Origin: a bacterium
GTDB taxonomy: Bacteria > UBA8248 > JACPRG01 > G963555815
Length of the DNA stretch: 64,000 nucleotides
Direction of reading: 5' to 3'
Assembly: GCA_965218795.1 (NCBI GenBank)
Contig: OZ244653.1
Location: forward strand, 1,184,001-1,248,000
Both the position numbers and the translations under genes were made by a program. Positions within the stretch are counted from its first letter, which is position 1; every line of letters begins with the position of its first letter. This document shows positions 19,640 through 29,923 of the stretch, piece after piece. The notes under the pieces are model-generated. The model saw only the letters and a list, made by a program, of their open reading frames with translations. It searched no databases and was not told where the DNA came from.

Positions 19640-20434
19640 TCACCCGAGCAGGCGATCCCGAATGATGGAAGTATATGGATCCGCGTTCATCACGGCCGGA
19701 TAATGACCGCCTGTCGCCAGCGTGTGCTGTTCGGCGCCTGCGTAACGTTCCCTGACCTCGGCCCGGATGGATTGGCCCATAATGGGATCGTCCTCACAGT
19801 CGATCACAACAATCCGTGTATCCGGAATCGGCAAAGCGGGCACCGGGGTCGCCGTGGCCATGGTCAACATCCTGGATTTGAGGGTTTCGGGCGGCTGAAC
19901 ACCCTTGCCGACCTGATCCAGCATGATCTCCTTCAACTCCGCCATAGCGGGGTTCGACACATCGTAGTTCTCGATGTACTCCATGAAGCGGTCCCGAACC
20001 GCTTCCGGCGGCATCGCTTCGATCTCTTCGGGCCTCTGGCCCGCAGCCTGAATCGAGCCTGCATCGATCAGTGAGTTGGCAATCAAGAGAGTCTCAATCC
20101 GGCCGGAATTGCGGAGGGCGAAGATTTGGGCCCAGTACCCGCCGATGGATGATCCCAGCAGGTTCGTTTTCGCCAGACCCTTCCGGTCGCAAAACTCGGC
20201 CAGACCGTCGGAGAGCTTCTCGGGGTCGGGCTCGGCCGGATAGGATAAGGCAATCATCCTCATCCGATCGCCGAGGGACAACACCTGTTTGTAAAAAACG
20301 TCTCCCGTTCCCTGCATGCCCGGCATCATGACAATCGAGGGGCCGGACCCGCCGCTCTCGACGAATACCCATTCCTTTCCATCGATCGTCTCGATTTGCC
20401 GGGTGAATCGATCCCTGTACTCCTGAAAGCTCAT
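19640..20434 (-). CDS. Alpha/beta hydrolase
   Basis: GSSIG nucleophile elbow, DCEDDP and GGHYP. Confidence 0.88.
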   Translation of the reverse strand: MSFQEYRDRFTRQIETIDGKEWVFVESGGSGPSIVMMPGMQGTGDVFYKQVLSLGDRMRMIALSYPAEPDPEKLSDGLAEFCDRKGLAKTNLLGSSIGGYWAQIFALRNSGRIETLLIANSLIDAGSIQAAGQRPEEIEAMPPEAVRDRFMEYIENYDVSNPAMAELKEIMLDQVGKGVQPPETLKSRMLTMATATPVPALPIPDTRIVVIDCEDDPIMGQSIRAEVRERYAGAEQHTLATGGHYPAVMNADPYTSIIRDRLLG

Positions 20435-20590
20435 TCCAACGAGTCTCCCTCATCCGTTCGGAGCGAAGGCCGGCCATACGTTTCTGTTCCCCCTGACGAA
20501 CGCATGCCGGCAAATGACTGTATCAACTCAATCGAATGCCCGGAATCCGGAAGAACCCGGGCCTCGAGCGCAACGAGGTTGAGGCCCTTA

Positions 20591-20950
20591 TTATAAGGTA
20601 GACAGATAAGCTGCCAAGTTCCTGATCTCGGTATCCGAGGGTTTCCGGAACGCCTGCATCGTGTCAATCGGTTTCTGAAGCCGGGCCTCGATGTCCGTTT
20701 CATTCGCGTCCCCGCGGCTGAAGGGGAGTTCCCCCCGCCTGAACAGGTCCCTTGAACCCGGGCTCCATCTTTGTATCCTTCGAATCGGCGTAGTGACAGA
20801 AGGCGCACTTTTTGTCGAAGTCCTGCCCTGCCCCCCTGAGAGGGGTTTAGTTCGAGGGTCAGAATTTCGATATACTTTCAAGCCGGTACGCAGCGGGAAG
20901 GGGTCATCATGAGCGGGAAACCCTTCACGTCCGAGCGCATCATTCACAAG
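20591..20950 (-). pseudogene. Frameshifted c-type cytochrome
   Basis: CAFCH heme-binding motif (20793-20807, FDKKCAFCHYADSKDTKMEPG) lies in a different frame from the C-terminal DLFRRGELP...MQAFRKPSDTEIRNLAAYLSTL. Confidence 0.7.
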
Positions 20951-21225
20951 CGACGTCCAGGCGAAATCGAGTTCTCCCAGGGCCAAGTCACCGTCCAGAT
21001 GCAGCAAGCATCCCGGTGTCGCCGAGCAGACCAGCACTTCCGGCAATGGGAGAGCAGAGATGAACTCAAAAAAGGATACAACATAAGAGGGGGCAGGGTA
21101 TTCCTTTTGCTGCGACGAAATCCGACAAAGTGGTGACATGGCGGCACAGAGTCACCGCACGTTGGCATCGCGACCCTCTTCACGCCTGGCCCCAAGGGTC
21201 CGCTCATCTGCCAAGGAGGAGGAAA

Positions 21226-21996
21226 GTGACCAACCGCGTTCGAATCATCCATTACGGGCAACAGGGGTTTCCCGGACCGGCTTTCTACTACATGGGCCGA
21301 TTCGGCGAAATGATTCAGGTTCCTCTCTATTTCTGGATCATCGAGAGCGAGAAGCAAACGATACTCGTTGATGTGGGTGTGAGCGCCAAGCAATCCCTGG
21401 AGCTCAACAAGGAGATCGTCGAGCAATTCGGCGAGGAAGCCGCATGGATCATTCCCCCCGAGAAAAGCCCGGAGGCGCAATTGGCGGGACTCGGGATTCA
21501 GTTGGGTGATGTCCGGCACGTCATCCTGACCCACCTCCACGGAGATCATTCGCTCAACATCACGAACATTCCGAACGCTGAGATCCTGATGTCCCGCTCA
21601 TCCTGGGAAGCCATCAGCGCGCCGGCCCATCCCGGTCTGGTCCCGCCGAGTCAGTTTCCCTATCACGTGATTGATTTTCTCCGAGAAGAGCTGGGAAACC
21701 GATTTCGACTTGTGGAAGACGGCTCAGAGCCCTTTCCGGGCGTTCGGCTGTTCCGGATGGGCGGCCACAGTCCGGACCTGACATCGGTGACCGTCGAGAC
21801 CGGGGCCGGTGAGGTCATCATCGCGAGTGATGCGGCGATGTTTTATGACAGTCTGGAGCTCGGATGGCCCAGCAACGGATACAATCAGCTCGAAGCCCTA
21901 CAGGCCCTCGACTGGATCCAGGAACGTGAGGGGATCGTCCTGCCCGGACACGACTGGAAGGTCTTGGAGCGCCATCCCGAGGGCGTCGTCGGGTAA
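21226..21996 (+). CDS. MBL-fold hydrolase, N-acyl homoserine lactonase (AttM/AiiB)-like
   Basis: THLHGDH, GGHS, ASDA and PGHD motifs; GTG start behind AGGAGGAGG. Confidence 0.88.
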   Translation: MTNRVRIIHYGQQGFPGPAFYYMGRFGEMIQVPLYFWIIESEKQTILVDVGVSAKQSLELNKEIVEQFGEEAAWIIPPEKSPEAQLAGLGIQLGDVRHVILTHLHGDHSLNITNIPNAEILMSRSSWEAISAPAHPGLVPPSQFPYHVIDFLREELGNRFRLVEDGSEPFPGVRLFRMGGHSPDLTSVTVETGAGEVIIASDAAMFYDSLELGWPSNGYNQLEALQALDWIQEREGIVLPGHDWKVLERHPEGVVG

Positions 21997-22291
21997 TCAG
22001 TCAGAGTCCGAACGCTGGATCAAGAAGACAAATCAAGGAGGCCCGGCCTCTGTTCGACCGGCTATGCAGGATTCTGACGGACGCAGGGGTCAGCCAGAAC
22101 AGGATAGAGAGGCGGGTTTCCATACGCCCAGGCCCGAGGAGTCGGTTTCCCGGATCATCCTGGCGGCGGAGCCTGTTCCCTTGGTATTGGGACGTCCTTC
22201 GCCGCCACATGGAGGATGAGCTCAAACGGAAGGCCCGCGCGCGGGCAAGGGCTTACGATCCGCGTGGTCCAGCAGCGGGGCCTCTTGCGCC

Positions 22292-23041
22292 TCACACCAT
22301 AACATCGCCCCCGCACGGGGCCAGGGTCTGGCCCGTGTAATACGCTGAATCGTCCGATGCCAGGAACAGGACGGTCGACGTCACATCGTCCACCTCCCCC
22401 AACCGTCGCAAGGGATAACGCTGCCGCAGCGCTTCCAGCATCTTCGGATCATAATTCTCTATCATTTCCGTCTTGATCATTGCGGGACAGACCGAATTGA
22501 CCCGTACGCCTCGGGGGCCCAGTTCGTGCGCCAACGCGCGCGTAAAGGCAATCATGGCGGCCTTGGCCGCGGAAACATGAGCAAAAAGCCCCTCCGGTTT
22601 GATGCCGAACGAGCCGACCATATTGATGATGTTTCCTTTCCCGCGCCCGACCATGCCGGGGACGACGAAGTGGGAGCACAGGAACATTCCCCGCACATGG
22701 ACCGCCTGAACCCGGTCCCAATCATCGACGCTCATTTCGGTAAAGGGCTTGGGGAAGGCAACCCCCGCGTTGTTGACGAGGATATCAATCCTCCCGTATT
22801 TCTCTATCGCGCCCGCCACGAGACTTTCCGCGTCGTTTTCCTGCGTGATGTCCGCCTGTCTCGCGAAAGCCTCGCTCCCTCTCTCCTGCACTCCTTGAAC
22901 GACCTCCTGCGCGGCTTCGCTCGCCTGAAGGTAATTGAATGCGACCTTGACCCCCGCTTCGGCGAAGGCAAAGGCGATCGCGCGGCCGAGTCCCCGGCTG
23001 CCTCCCGTGATTAACGCCACCTGCCCTTCCAGATTTTTCAT
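22292..23041 (-). CDS. SDR family oxidoreductase (FabG-like, atypical active site)
   Basis: TGGSRGLG and NNAG present; HVSAAK stands where YxxxK is expected. Confidence 0.9.
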   Translation of the reverse strand: MKNLEGQVALITGGSRGLGRAIAFAFAEAGVKVAFNYLQASEAAQEVVQGVQERGSEAFARQADITQENDAESLVAGAIEKYGRIDILVNNAGVAFPKPFTEMSVDDWDRVQAVHVRGMFLCSHFVVPGMVGRGKGNIINMVGSFGIKPEGLFAHVSAAKAAMIAFTRALAHELGPRGVRVNSVCPAMIKTEMIENYDPKMLEALRQRYPLRRLGEVDDVTSTVLFLASDDSAYYTGQTLAPCGGDVMV

Positions 23042-23053
23042 TTCCCGCCCGCC

Positions 23054-24451
23054 TTATGGAATCGTCTGATGTTCGCCCGCCTGGACGGGGATAAACTCTC
23101 CCCGCCAGTCATCTTCTCCAACCCAACGGCCCTCTCGCGCCACGAGGTGTCCCCGGCAAAACGTTTCTCTGACACGGCCTTTGATGCGCATACCCTCAAA
23201 CGGGGTGAAATCGGAGTTCGTCGCCAACTCTGAAGCGGCCAGCGTAGACTCCGGGACCGGATCGTAAACCACAACGTCCGCGTCGGCACCGATCTGCAAG
23301 GCGCCCTTCCTGGGGTGCAAACCGAATATCCGCGCCGGCTCCTCGGATAGGACTTTCACCATCCGCTCGACCGTCAGCCTCCCTTCATCCACACCGTAGG
23401 TGTACATCAACGGAAGCAGGGTTTCTATCCCCGGGATGCCGGGGGGGACGTCCTCGAAGGTCTTCACGTCATGCAATTTCTGCTGCCGGCTGTACGAGCC
23501 GTGATCCGTCGCCGCCACTTGAAGGTCCCCGGAGACCAGGGCCGCCCAGAGCCCTTCCTGGTTTTCTTTGTGCCGGAGGGGGGGGCTCATGATGAACAAG
23601 GGGGCATCTTCCTGGAAATAGCTGCTTTCATCCAGGATGAGATAGTGGGGGCAGGTTTCCCCCCAGATGCGGACCCCGTCCTTCCGGGCCTCCCCGATCA
23701 GCCGGGCGGCCTCGGCCGTGGACACATGCTTGATGTACACCTCGCAGTCCGTCAATCGCGAATACCGGATGACGGATTCGATCGCCGCCACCTCGGAAAT
23801 GGGCGGGTGGGCCTCGCCATGATAACGGGGCTCGGTACGGCCGGCCCGGAGAAGGGATTCGCTCGCCCGGTTGATCTGTTCATCCACCTCTGCGTGAATC
23901 CCGAGAAACCCCTCCGTTCCTGCAATCGCTCGCATCAATTCCAGGATGGCGCCGTCATCCGTCCGGCGGCCCTGCTTGCCATAGGCCATGTAGACCTTGA
24001 AGCTTCGAATCCCCTCCTGCAGCGCGCGCGGCGCTTCGGCCACCGCTTCCGGTGTCGGATCGACCAGGGTGAGATGAAGGGTGTAGTCGATACCCACCTT
24101 GGCGCTGGCGACGTCCTTCCGGGCCTTCAGCGCTTCCAGTGGGCTGCCCCCTTTCCGTTGGCGGGCGTAGTCGATGAGGGTGGTTACGCCCCCGCAGGCC
24201 GCAGCGCGGCTGCCGGTGTGGAAATCATCGCCGAGCTCGCCGTGCCCGAAGGAAACCTCAAGCTGAACGTGCGCATCGATGGCGCCGGGAAGGAGGAGGC
24301 ATCCCGCACAGTCGAGCGACTCACGGAAATCGAAAAGCGGACTTGCTTCCGGCCGACCCACGAAATGGATCTTTCCGTCGAGGATTCCCAGATCGGCCTG
24401 AACGATCCCATCGGGTGTGACCAGGGTTCCGTTCTTCAGTAACAGGTCCAT
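23054..24451 (-). CDS. hydA: Dihydropyrimidinase/D-hydantoinase
   Basis: PGAIDAH, GGVTT, SFKVYMAY, HAE, KHVS, ETCPHYL, MSPPLR and ATDH motifs. Confidence 0.92.
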   Translation of the reverse strand: MDLLLKNGTLVTPDGIVQADLGILDGKIHFVGRPEASPLFDFRESLDCAGCLLLPGAIDAHVQLEVSFGHGELGDDFHTGSRAAACGGVTTLIDYARQRKGGSPLEALKARKDVASAKVGIDYTLHLTLVDPTPEAVAEAPRALQEGIRSFKVYMAYGKQGRRTDDGAILELMRAIAGTEGFLGIHAEVDEQINRASESLLRAGRTEPRYHGEAHPPISEVAAIESVIRYSRLTDCEVYIKHVSTAEAARLIGEARKDGVRIWGETCPHYLILDESSYFQEDAPLFIMSPPLRHKENQEGLWAALVSGDLQVAATDHGSYSRQQKLHDVKTFEDVPPGIPGIETLLPLMYTYGVDEGRLTVERMVKVLSEEPARIFGLHPRKGALQIGADADVVVYDPVPESTLAASELATNSDFTPFEGMRIKGRVRETFCRGHLVAREGRWVGEDDWRGEFIPVQAGEHQTIP

Positions 24452-24531
24452 GAGCGAGACTTGGGGGCATCTTCAGAATGAGAAACAGCGACATCTTCTC
24501 GGCGCGACTGCCGGAAGGGGCGGATTCGAAC

Positions 24532-25365
24532 TTATGAGGTCAGAACATCGTAGGCGTCCGGCCGGCGGTCCCGGTAGAACAGCCAGTTGTTTCGGGTGTT
24601 GGCCACCTGATCGAGGTCGATCTCGGCAACGCTCACCGCATCCTCCTTATCGCCGGCCTGCGCTATGATGTTGCCCCTGGGGTCGCAGACCAGGCTCGTC
24701 CCGTAAAACTCATCGCCGTTTTCAACGCCTACCCGATTGACGGCGGCCACGAAATACTGGTTCGCGATAGCCATCCCCATCAACTCCTTGACGAACACCT
24801 CGCTCGCCGTGGGCCGCGGGCTCGCCACCGGAACCAACAGGATCTCCGCTCCGCCCAGCCCGAGCGCCCGGGCGCCCTCCGGGAAGTGACGGTCGTAACA
24901 GATCAGGATCCCCACATGGCCGAAAGGGGTCTCGAACACCGGAAATCCCAGATTCCCCGGCTTGAAATAATACTTTTCAATGAAGTCATCACTGTGGGGA
25001 ATGTGCATCTTTCGATACACACCGAGCAGATCTCCCTCCGGGCCGAGCAGGGCCGCGGAGTTGTAGTACACCCCCGCCATCTCCTTTTCGTAAATCGGCG
25101 CCATGATGACGATGCCGTGCTCCTTGGCCTTGGCCGCAACACGCTCGGTGGTCGGACCCGGGATGGTTTCCGCCATTTCAAAATATTTCTTGCTGTCCCG
25201 CGGCCGGTTCGGGAAGTAGGGAGTTTGAAACAGCTCCTGAAGGGCCACGATGTTGGCCCCCTTGGCCGCGGCTTCATCGACCATCCCCATGGCCTTGACG
25301 AAATTGGGCTCGACAGCGTTCTCATCGATACATATCATTTGAACCAGTCCGACTTTCACCTTCAC
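24532..25365 (-). CDS. Nitrilase-superfamily amidase (beta-ureidopropionase/N-carbamoylase-like)
   Basis: E-K-C triad: LQELF, YRKMHIP, ICYDRHFPE; EKYYFKPGN. Confidence 0.93.
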   Translation of the reverse strand: MKVKVGLVQMICIDENAVEPNFVKAMGMVDEAAAKGANIVALQELFQTPYFPNRPRDSKKYFEMAETIPGPTTERVAAKAKEHGIVIMAPIYEKEMAGVYYNSAALLGPEGDLLGVYRKMHIPHSDDFIEKYYFKPGNLGFPVFETPFGHVGILICYDRHFPEGARALGLGGAEILLVPVASPRPTASEVFVKELMGMAIANQYFVAAVNRVGVENGDEFYGTSLVCDPRGNIIAQAGDKEDAVSVAEIDLDQVANTRNNWLFYRDRRPDAYDVLTS

Positions 25366-25453
25366 GGCTTCCTACCCCCTCTGGCAAATATGAAATGCGC
25401 GGCGGCGCGACCGGTCACATCCCGGTGATTCTCTGATGAATTGCGAGGCCCCC

Positions 25454-26818
25454 CTATGCAGTCGCCCCGGCGAGGGCGGCCCGCGTGGAATCCAGAAATT
25501 CTTCGATATCGTCGGGTTCCATAGGCGCGGACAAACAGCCGAGCCCGCGCGATGTCATGAACACCCCGTTCAGCAACCAGGAAAAAAACAGCTTTTTCAG
25601 GGCCGTCTTGTCCCCACGCTCATAAGCGGGATAATCCCACACTTCTTCCTTTGTCAGGTGCACGGCGAAGACCGACCCGACTCCCGTGACCTGGGCCGGT
25701 ACGTTCATCTCCTCGAAGGTGTCCCTCAGACCCGCCCGCAGGGTTTCCCCGAGGCCGTTCAGCCGCGCGTACATCTCCGGCTGCATCTGATCCAGCGACG
25801 CCACGCCGGCGGCAAGAGGCAGAGGACTCCCGCTGTGAGTCCCGGAATGACGGACGGTGGGTCTCCCTCCGGCGGGGTCGAAAAGCCTCATGATGTCATC
25901 CCGGCCGCCAAAGGCGCCGATGGGGAGGCCGCCGCCGATGGACTTGCCCAGGGCGGTCAAATCGGCGTGGACACCGAAGAAATCCTGCGCCCCTCGGTAC
26001 CCCAGTCGGGACATCATCACCTCATCAAAAATGAGCAGGACGCCGTTCTCATCGCAGATGCGCCTGAGATCGCCGAGAAAATCTCCCCGGGGAGGAATCG
26101 CGCCCGCTCCCGTCACGGGCTCGACGACGACGGCCGCCATTTGATCCCGATGGGCGGTGATGATTTCTTCCACGGCATCCGGATGATTGAACGGCAGGGT
26201 CACAACGTCCTGAAGAACGCCCCCGGGAATCCCCGGAGAGGACGGCACGCTGGTCGGATGCAGCGGATCCCCGAACTCCTCTTCCGTCGGATTGATGGAT
26301 ACTTCTACGTGCTCGCTGGACCCGTGGAAGTGACCCAGGAACTTCCCGACCTTGGGTTTCCCCGTGAAGGCTCGGGCGACCCGAATGCAGTTCATGTTGG
26401 CTTCCGTACCCGTTGAACAAAACCGGACCTTGTCAATCGTTGGATAGCGCTCGCAAATCCGCGACGCGAGGGCTTCCTCGACCTCCATGGGCGCTCCCGC
26501 CGCGGTCCCGCGCTCCAGTTGATTCTGGATCGCTTCGGCCACCGCGGTGTTGTTATGTCCGAGCAGCAGAGTCGTGTAATTGTTATTGAAGTCGATCCGG
26601 ACCTCGCCATCGGCGTCGGTCAGCCGGCAGCCGTCTCCCCTCTTCATCGCGATCGGGTAGGGATCGTAGAAGACCGTCGCCCGCGTATTCCCACCGGGCA
26701 GCGATCGGCTGGCTTTTTGATGAAGGGACCGGGATGCGGGCGTCCGCTTCTTGTACTCCTGCAGAAGAGCGTCCAGGGAGAGCCGGTCCAAGGCGCCCAT
26801 CGTCATATCATCACCCAT
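25454..26818 (-). CDS. Class III aminotransferase (GSA aminomutase-like)
   Basis: LPGGNTR, FCSTGTEAN, FHGS, FDEV and LGKSIGGG motifs. Confidence 0.92.
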   Translation of the reverse strand: MGDDMTMGALDRLSLDALLQEYKKRTPASRSLHQKASRSLPGGNTRATVFYDPYPIAMKRGDGCRLTDADGEVRIDFNNNYTTLLLGHNNTAVAEAIQNQLERGTAAGAPMEVEEALASRICERYPTIDKVRFCSTGTEANMNCIRVARAFTGKPKVGKFLGHFHGSSEHVEVSINPTEEEFGDPLHPTSVPSSPGIPGGVLQDVVTLPFNHPDAVEEIITAHRDQMAAVVVEPVTGAGAIPPRGDFLGDLRRICDENGVLLIFDEVMMSRLGYRGAQDFFGVHADLTALGKSIGGGLPIGAFGGRDDIMRLFDPAGGRPTVRHSGTHSGSPLPLAAGVASLDQMQPEMYARLNGLGETLRAGLRDTFEEMNVPAQVTGVGSVFAVHLTKEEVWDYPAYERGDKTALKKLFFSWLLNGVFMTSRGLGCLSAPMEPDDIEEFLDSTRAALAGATA

Positions 26819-27055
26819 TTCCAGAAATTCGAGGCGAACAGGCCGCTCAGGCTCTCATTCAATGAGTCGAACGGGATGAAAGTATCTCACCATTCAAAAA
26901 AAGTGTCCATCCATCAAAACCGTTTGGAGGAGCCTGCGGAAAAGTCCATTTCCAGACTGCGGATTCGGATAAAACCCGCCACCCTTTACGACTGTACCGG
27001 ATGCTTGTCTTCATCTCTCAGCCGCCCGACTTTGCCCCGGCACTATCGATCCGTC

Positions 27056-27472
27056 CTATTTCGGAGAGTCGCCGAATCCGAGGACGGGACGCTCTTCCGC
27101 CCGGAATTTTTCAAACTCGTTCAGCGCCATCAACGCGGCCGGGATGCCGGCATAGACGGACATTTGAAGGATCACTTCCCGTATCTCCTCATCCTTGGCG
27201 CCGTACCTCCGGCAGGCGTCGAAATGGGCGCGGAGGATGGGGACATGTCCGGCGACGACCAGCGCCGCCACGGCGCATAGCTCCCGCGTCTTGTGATCGA
27301 TGACATCGCGGTCATAGAGTCCCGCGTAGACGAACCCCTGAAAAAGCCGGGAGTATTCCGGGTCGATGGAATTCAGGCGATCGAAAACGCGTTTGGTGTA
27401 TTCCTCGCCGTAATTTTTCCTGCCCCGCTCCAGGGCCTTGGGATTGTACGCGGGTGGGGCGGCATCGCTCAT
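27056..27472 (-). CDS. Carboxymuconolactone decarboxylase family protein
   Basis: YAGLYDR..ID.KTREL and EIREVILQMSVYAGIP; start moved to ATG 27472. Confidence 0.88.
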   Translation of the reverse strand: MSDAAPPAYNPKALERGRKNYGEEYTKRVFDRLNSIDPEYSRLFQGFVYAGLYDRDVIDHKTRELCAVAALVVAGHVPILRAHFDACRRYGAKDEEIREVILQMSVYAGIPAALMALNEFEKFRAEERPVLGFGDSPK

Positions 27473-27687
27473 CGGGTTGACCTCCATTCTGTCAAGAGAC
27501 GGTGGAACATCGAAGAACACAAAAAGGCCGCGGAATCCGCGCCCGAAATCGAGGAGGCGGATTGCCGCTGCCGTCGGTGATTGGTTCTGCTTGCAATGCA
27601 GGGATGCCTACGGACGATGAATGCTGGCCTGCGCCGCCCATTCAACGAACTCCCGTATCCGGGGTCCCGCAGGAGCCGGGCGGCGGC

Positions 27688-28533
27688 CTACCGGGCCAGT
27701 TCAGCGTAAAACTCGGGACGGCGGTCGCGATAAAATCCATAGACGTTTCGCAGCTCTTCGATGAGATTCAGGTCGACATCGCCGTAGACGATCTCATCTT
27801 CCTGATCGCCGGCTCGCGACAATACGTCGCCCTTGGGGTTGACGATCATCGAGCTGCCGTAATAGTGGTTCAGATTATTGACGCCCCGGTCCACGCCGAC
27901 CTTGTTGATCCCTCCCACGAAATAGACATTTTGATAGGCGTAGGCGCGAAGCTCGATTTCCCACAGCGGCAGATAGTGCCTGCCGAACGACGCAGTGGGC
28001 ACGAGCAGCAAGTCCGCTCCGCGCGTTCCGATCACGCGGGGGCCTTCGGGGAAATGCCGGTCATTGCAGATAACGACGCCGAAGCGGACCCCCCACGGAG
28101 TATCGAAAACCGGATACCCCAGATTGCCGGGCTTGAAATAGAGCTTCTCATTCCCAAAAGGGTTTTCGGGCCGCTTGGCCATGGGGATATTGGTTTTCCG
28201 GTACACGCCCTGGACCGATCCGTCCGGCATGATGACGACCGCCGAGTTGTAGAGCTCCCCCTTCATCGCCTTCTCGTACACCGGCAGGACGATCACCATC
28301 CCGAATTCCTTGGCGGCCTCCGCGACACGCTCCGTTGTGGGCCCCGGAACCGGTTCGGCCAGGGCGCAATGCTCGTAATTCTCCTCGTAGCAGAAGTATG
28401 AAGTCGTGCAGATTTCATGGAAACAGAGCAGGTTCACGCCGTTCTCGGCCGCTTCCTTCGTGTACTTCAAAACGTTCAGGATGTTCGGTTCTTTCTCGTG
28501 ATTTCCAATGAATTGGCAGAGCGCCAATTTCAT
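27688..28533 (-). CDS. Nitrilase-superfamily amidase (second copy)
   Basis: FHEI, YRKTNIP, ICNDRHFPE and EKLYFKPGN motifs. Confidence 0.93.
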   Translation of the reverse strand: MKLALCQFIGNHEKEPNILNVLKYTKEAAENGVNLLCFHEICTTSYFCYEENYEHCALAEPVPGPTTERVAEAAKEFGMVIVLPVYEKAMKGELYNSAVVIMPDGSVQGVYRKTNIPMAKRPENPFGNEKLYFKPGNLGYPVFDTPWGVRFGVVICNDRHFPEGPRVIGTRGADLLLVPTASFGRHYLPLWEIELRAYAYQNVYFVGGINKVGVDRGVNNLNHYYGSSMIVNPKGDVLSRAGDQEDEIVYGDVDLNLIEELRNVYGFYRDRRPEFYAELAR

Positions 28534-28601
28534 GACGTGCAACCTCCTCTATCGGCTTGGGGATCTGCAGGCCGGGAATCCGGCGGCCAAGCGGACCGCC
28601 G

Positions 28602-29858
28602 CTACACCTTCACAACCCCCTCCAGCATGACCATCTTGATATTATCCACATCCTGGAAGACCTTGATGTTCTTCAGAGGATCCCCGTCCACGAGGATCAG
28701 GTCGGCCAGCTTCCCTTTCTCGACCGTCCCCGTATCGAGACCGAAGAACTCGGCGTTCAGCCTGGTCGACGACACGATGGCTTCCATCTCGGACAGGCCG
28801 CACCGCACCTGCATCTCGAGCTCAAAGGCCTCTTCGCCGTGCGGGTCCGCCGGGGTTCCGAGAAAGTCGCTGCCGGCCGCCCGCTTGACTCCCATCTTCT
28901 TGGCCCTCGGGAGGGTATCCGCGATGGCCTCGATAGCCCGCGCGCATTTATCCACGTACACCGGATGGAGATTCAGCTCCTTGCCGTGCTCCACGGCCCG
29001 CTGGAGGTAGCCGATCGTGACCACCCACGTCACGTCGTTCTCGGCCATGAGCTCCAGTGTCGGATCATCAATCCAATAGCCGTGCTCGATGGCGTCCACG
29101 CCCCCTTCAATGGCTTTCCGAATCCCCGTCAGCGGTTCATTCATCAGGACATTGTTGTGGGCGCGGAGAATTTTTCCGACATTGTGCGCGACGGAGGCGA
29201 TGGCCCGAATCTCCTCCACCGTAAATGCGGATTCTGCGACGATGAACGAAGGATCAATCCCCCCCGTCGTTCCAATCTTGAGCTCCGTGGCCCCGTCCCG
29301 GAGTTGTTCCCTCGCGGCCTTCAGGCATTCCCCCACACCGTCCACCAGACGGCAGAAACCGCGTCCGCTACGCCCTTCCATCGTTTCGATGGGAAGAAAG
29401 AACAGGTCGGGGATACCGCCCGTCTGGCACATGAACCGCCCGACGCCGCGCACCCGCGGTCCCACGATGCTTCCCTCCTCAACGGCCTTCTTGATGAGCA
29501 GGGCGTTATCGCTTCCCAGATCACAGATGGTCGTGAACCCGGCTTCGAGCAGCCGGCCGACTTCATACACGCTGCGGATGGCGTGCAGGCCGGGGTTTTC
29601 CATCGCCCAGGCGAAAAATTCATAGTTCTGGAGGCCGAACAGATGGAGGTGCGCATCGATGAGGCCCGGCATCAGCGTCAATCCGCCGGCATCGATCACT
29701 TCCGCCGACTTGGGAACGGCGACTTTCCCGGCCGGGCCGACCGCGCTGATGGTGTCCCTCCGGATGACGACCGTCGCGCCGTCCTGCGGAGGGGCTCCGG
29801 TCCCGTCAATCAGGCGGGCATTCTTGATGACCTTTGTCTGCGGGTCGCGCTGCGCCAT
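28602..29858 (-). CDS. Metal-dependent amidohydrolase (Xaa-Pro dipeptidase-like)
   Basis: PGLIDAHLH, TGG, LKIGTTGG, AH, IEHG, AGSD and GKLADL motifs. Confidence 0.92.
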   Translation of the reverse strand: MAQRDPQTKVIKNARLIDGTGAPPQDGATVVIRRDTISAVGPAGKVAVPKSAEVIDAGGLTLMPGLIDAHLHLFGLQNYEFFAWAMENPGLHAIRSVYEVGRLLEAGFTTICDLGSDNALLIKKAVEEGSIVGPRVRGVGRFMCQTGGIPDLFFLPIETMEGRSGRGFCRLVDGVGECLKAAREQLRDGATELKIGTTGGIDPSFIVAESAFTVEEIRAIASVAHNVGKILRAHNNVLMNEPLTGIRKAIEGGVDAIEHGYWIDDPTLELMAENDVTWVVTIGYLQRAVEHGKELNLHPVYVDKCARAIEAIADTLPRAKKMGVKRAAGSDFLGTPADPHGEEAFELEMQVRCGLSEMEAIVSSTRLNAEFFGLDTGTVEKGKLADLILVDGDPLKNIKVFQDVDNIKMVMLEGVVKV

Positions 29859-29923
29859 ACCGTTTCCCCCTCTTTTCGCTCCTCAGAACGGCCGATGGAA
29901 TGCTCTGTCCGGCCATTGCGGTT

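Noticed and set aside
17732-20074. 780-aa + strand ORF and similar long antisense ORFs (14503-16071, 28557-30191, 29834-31495, 41569-43440)
   Set aside because: Shadow ORFs opposite well-supported genes, expected at high GC; no recognisable motifs.
21226-21996. Quorum-quenching function for the lactonase-like gene
   Set aside because: The HxHxDH fold is shared by many lactonases; no quorum-sensing context in the window.
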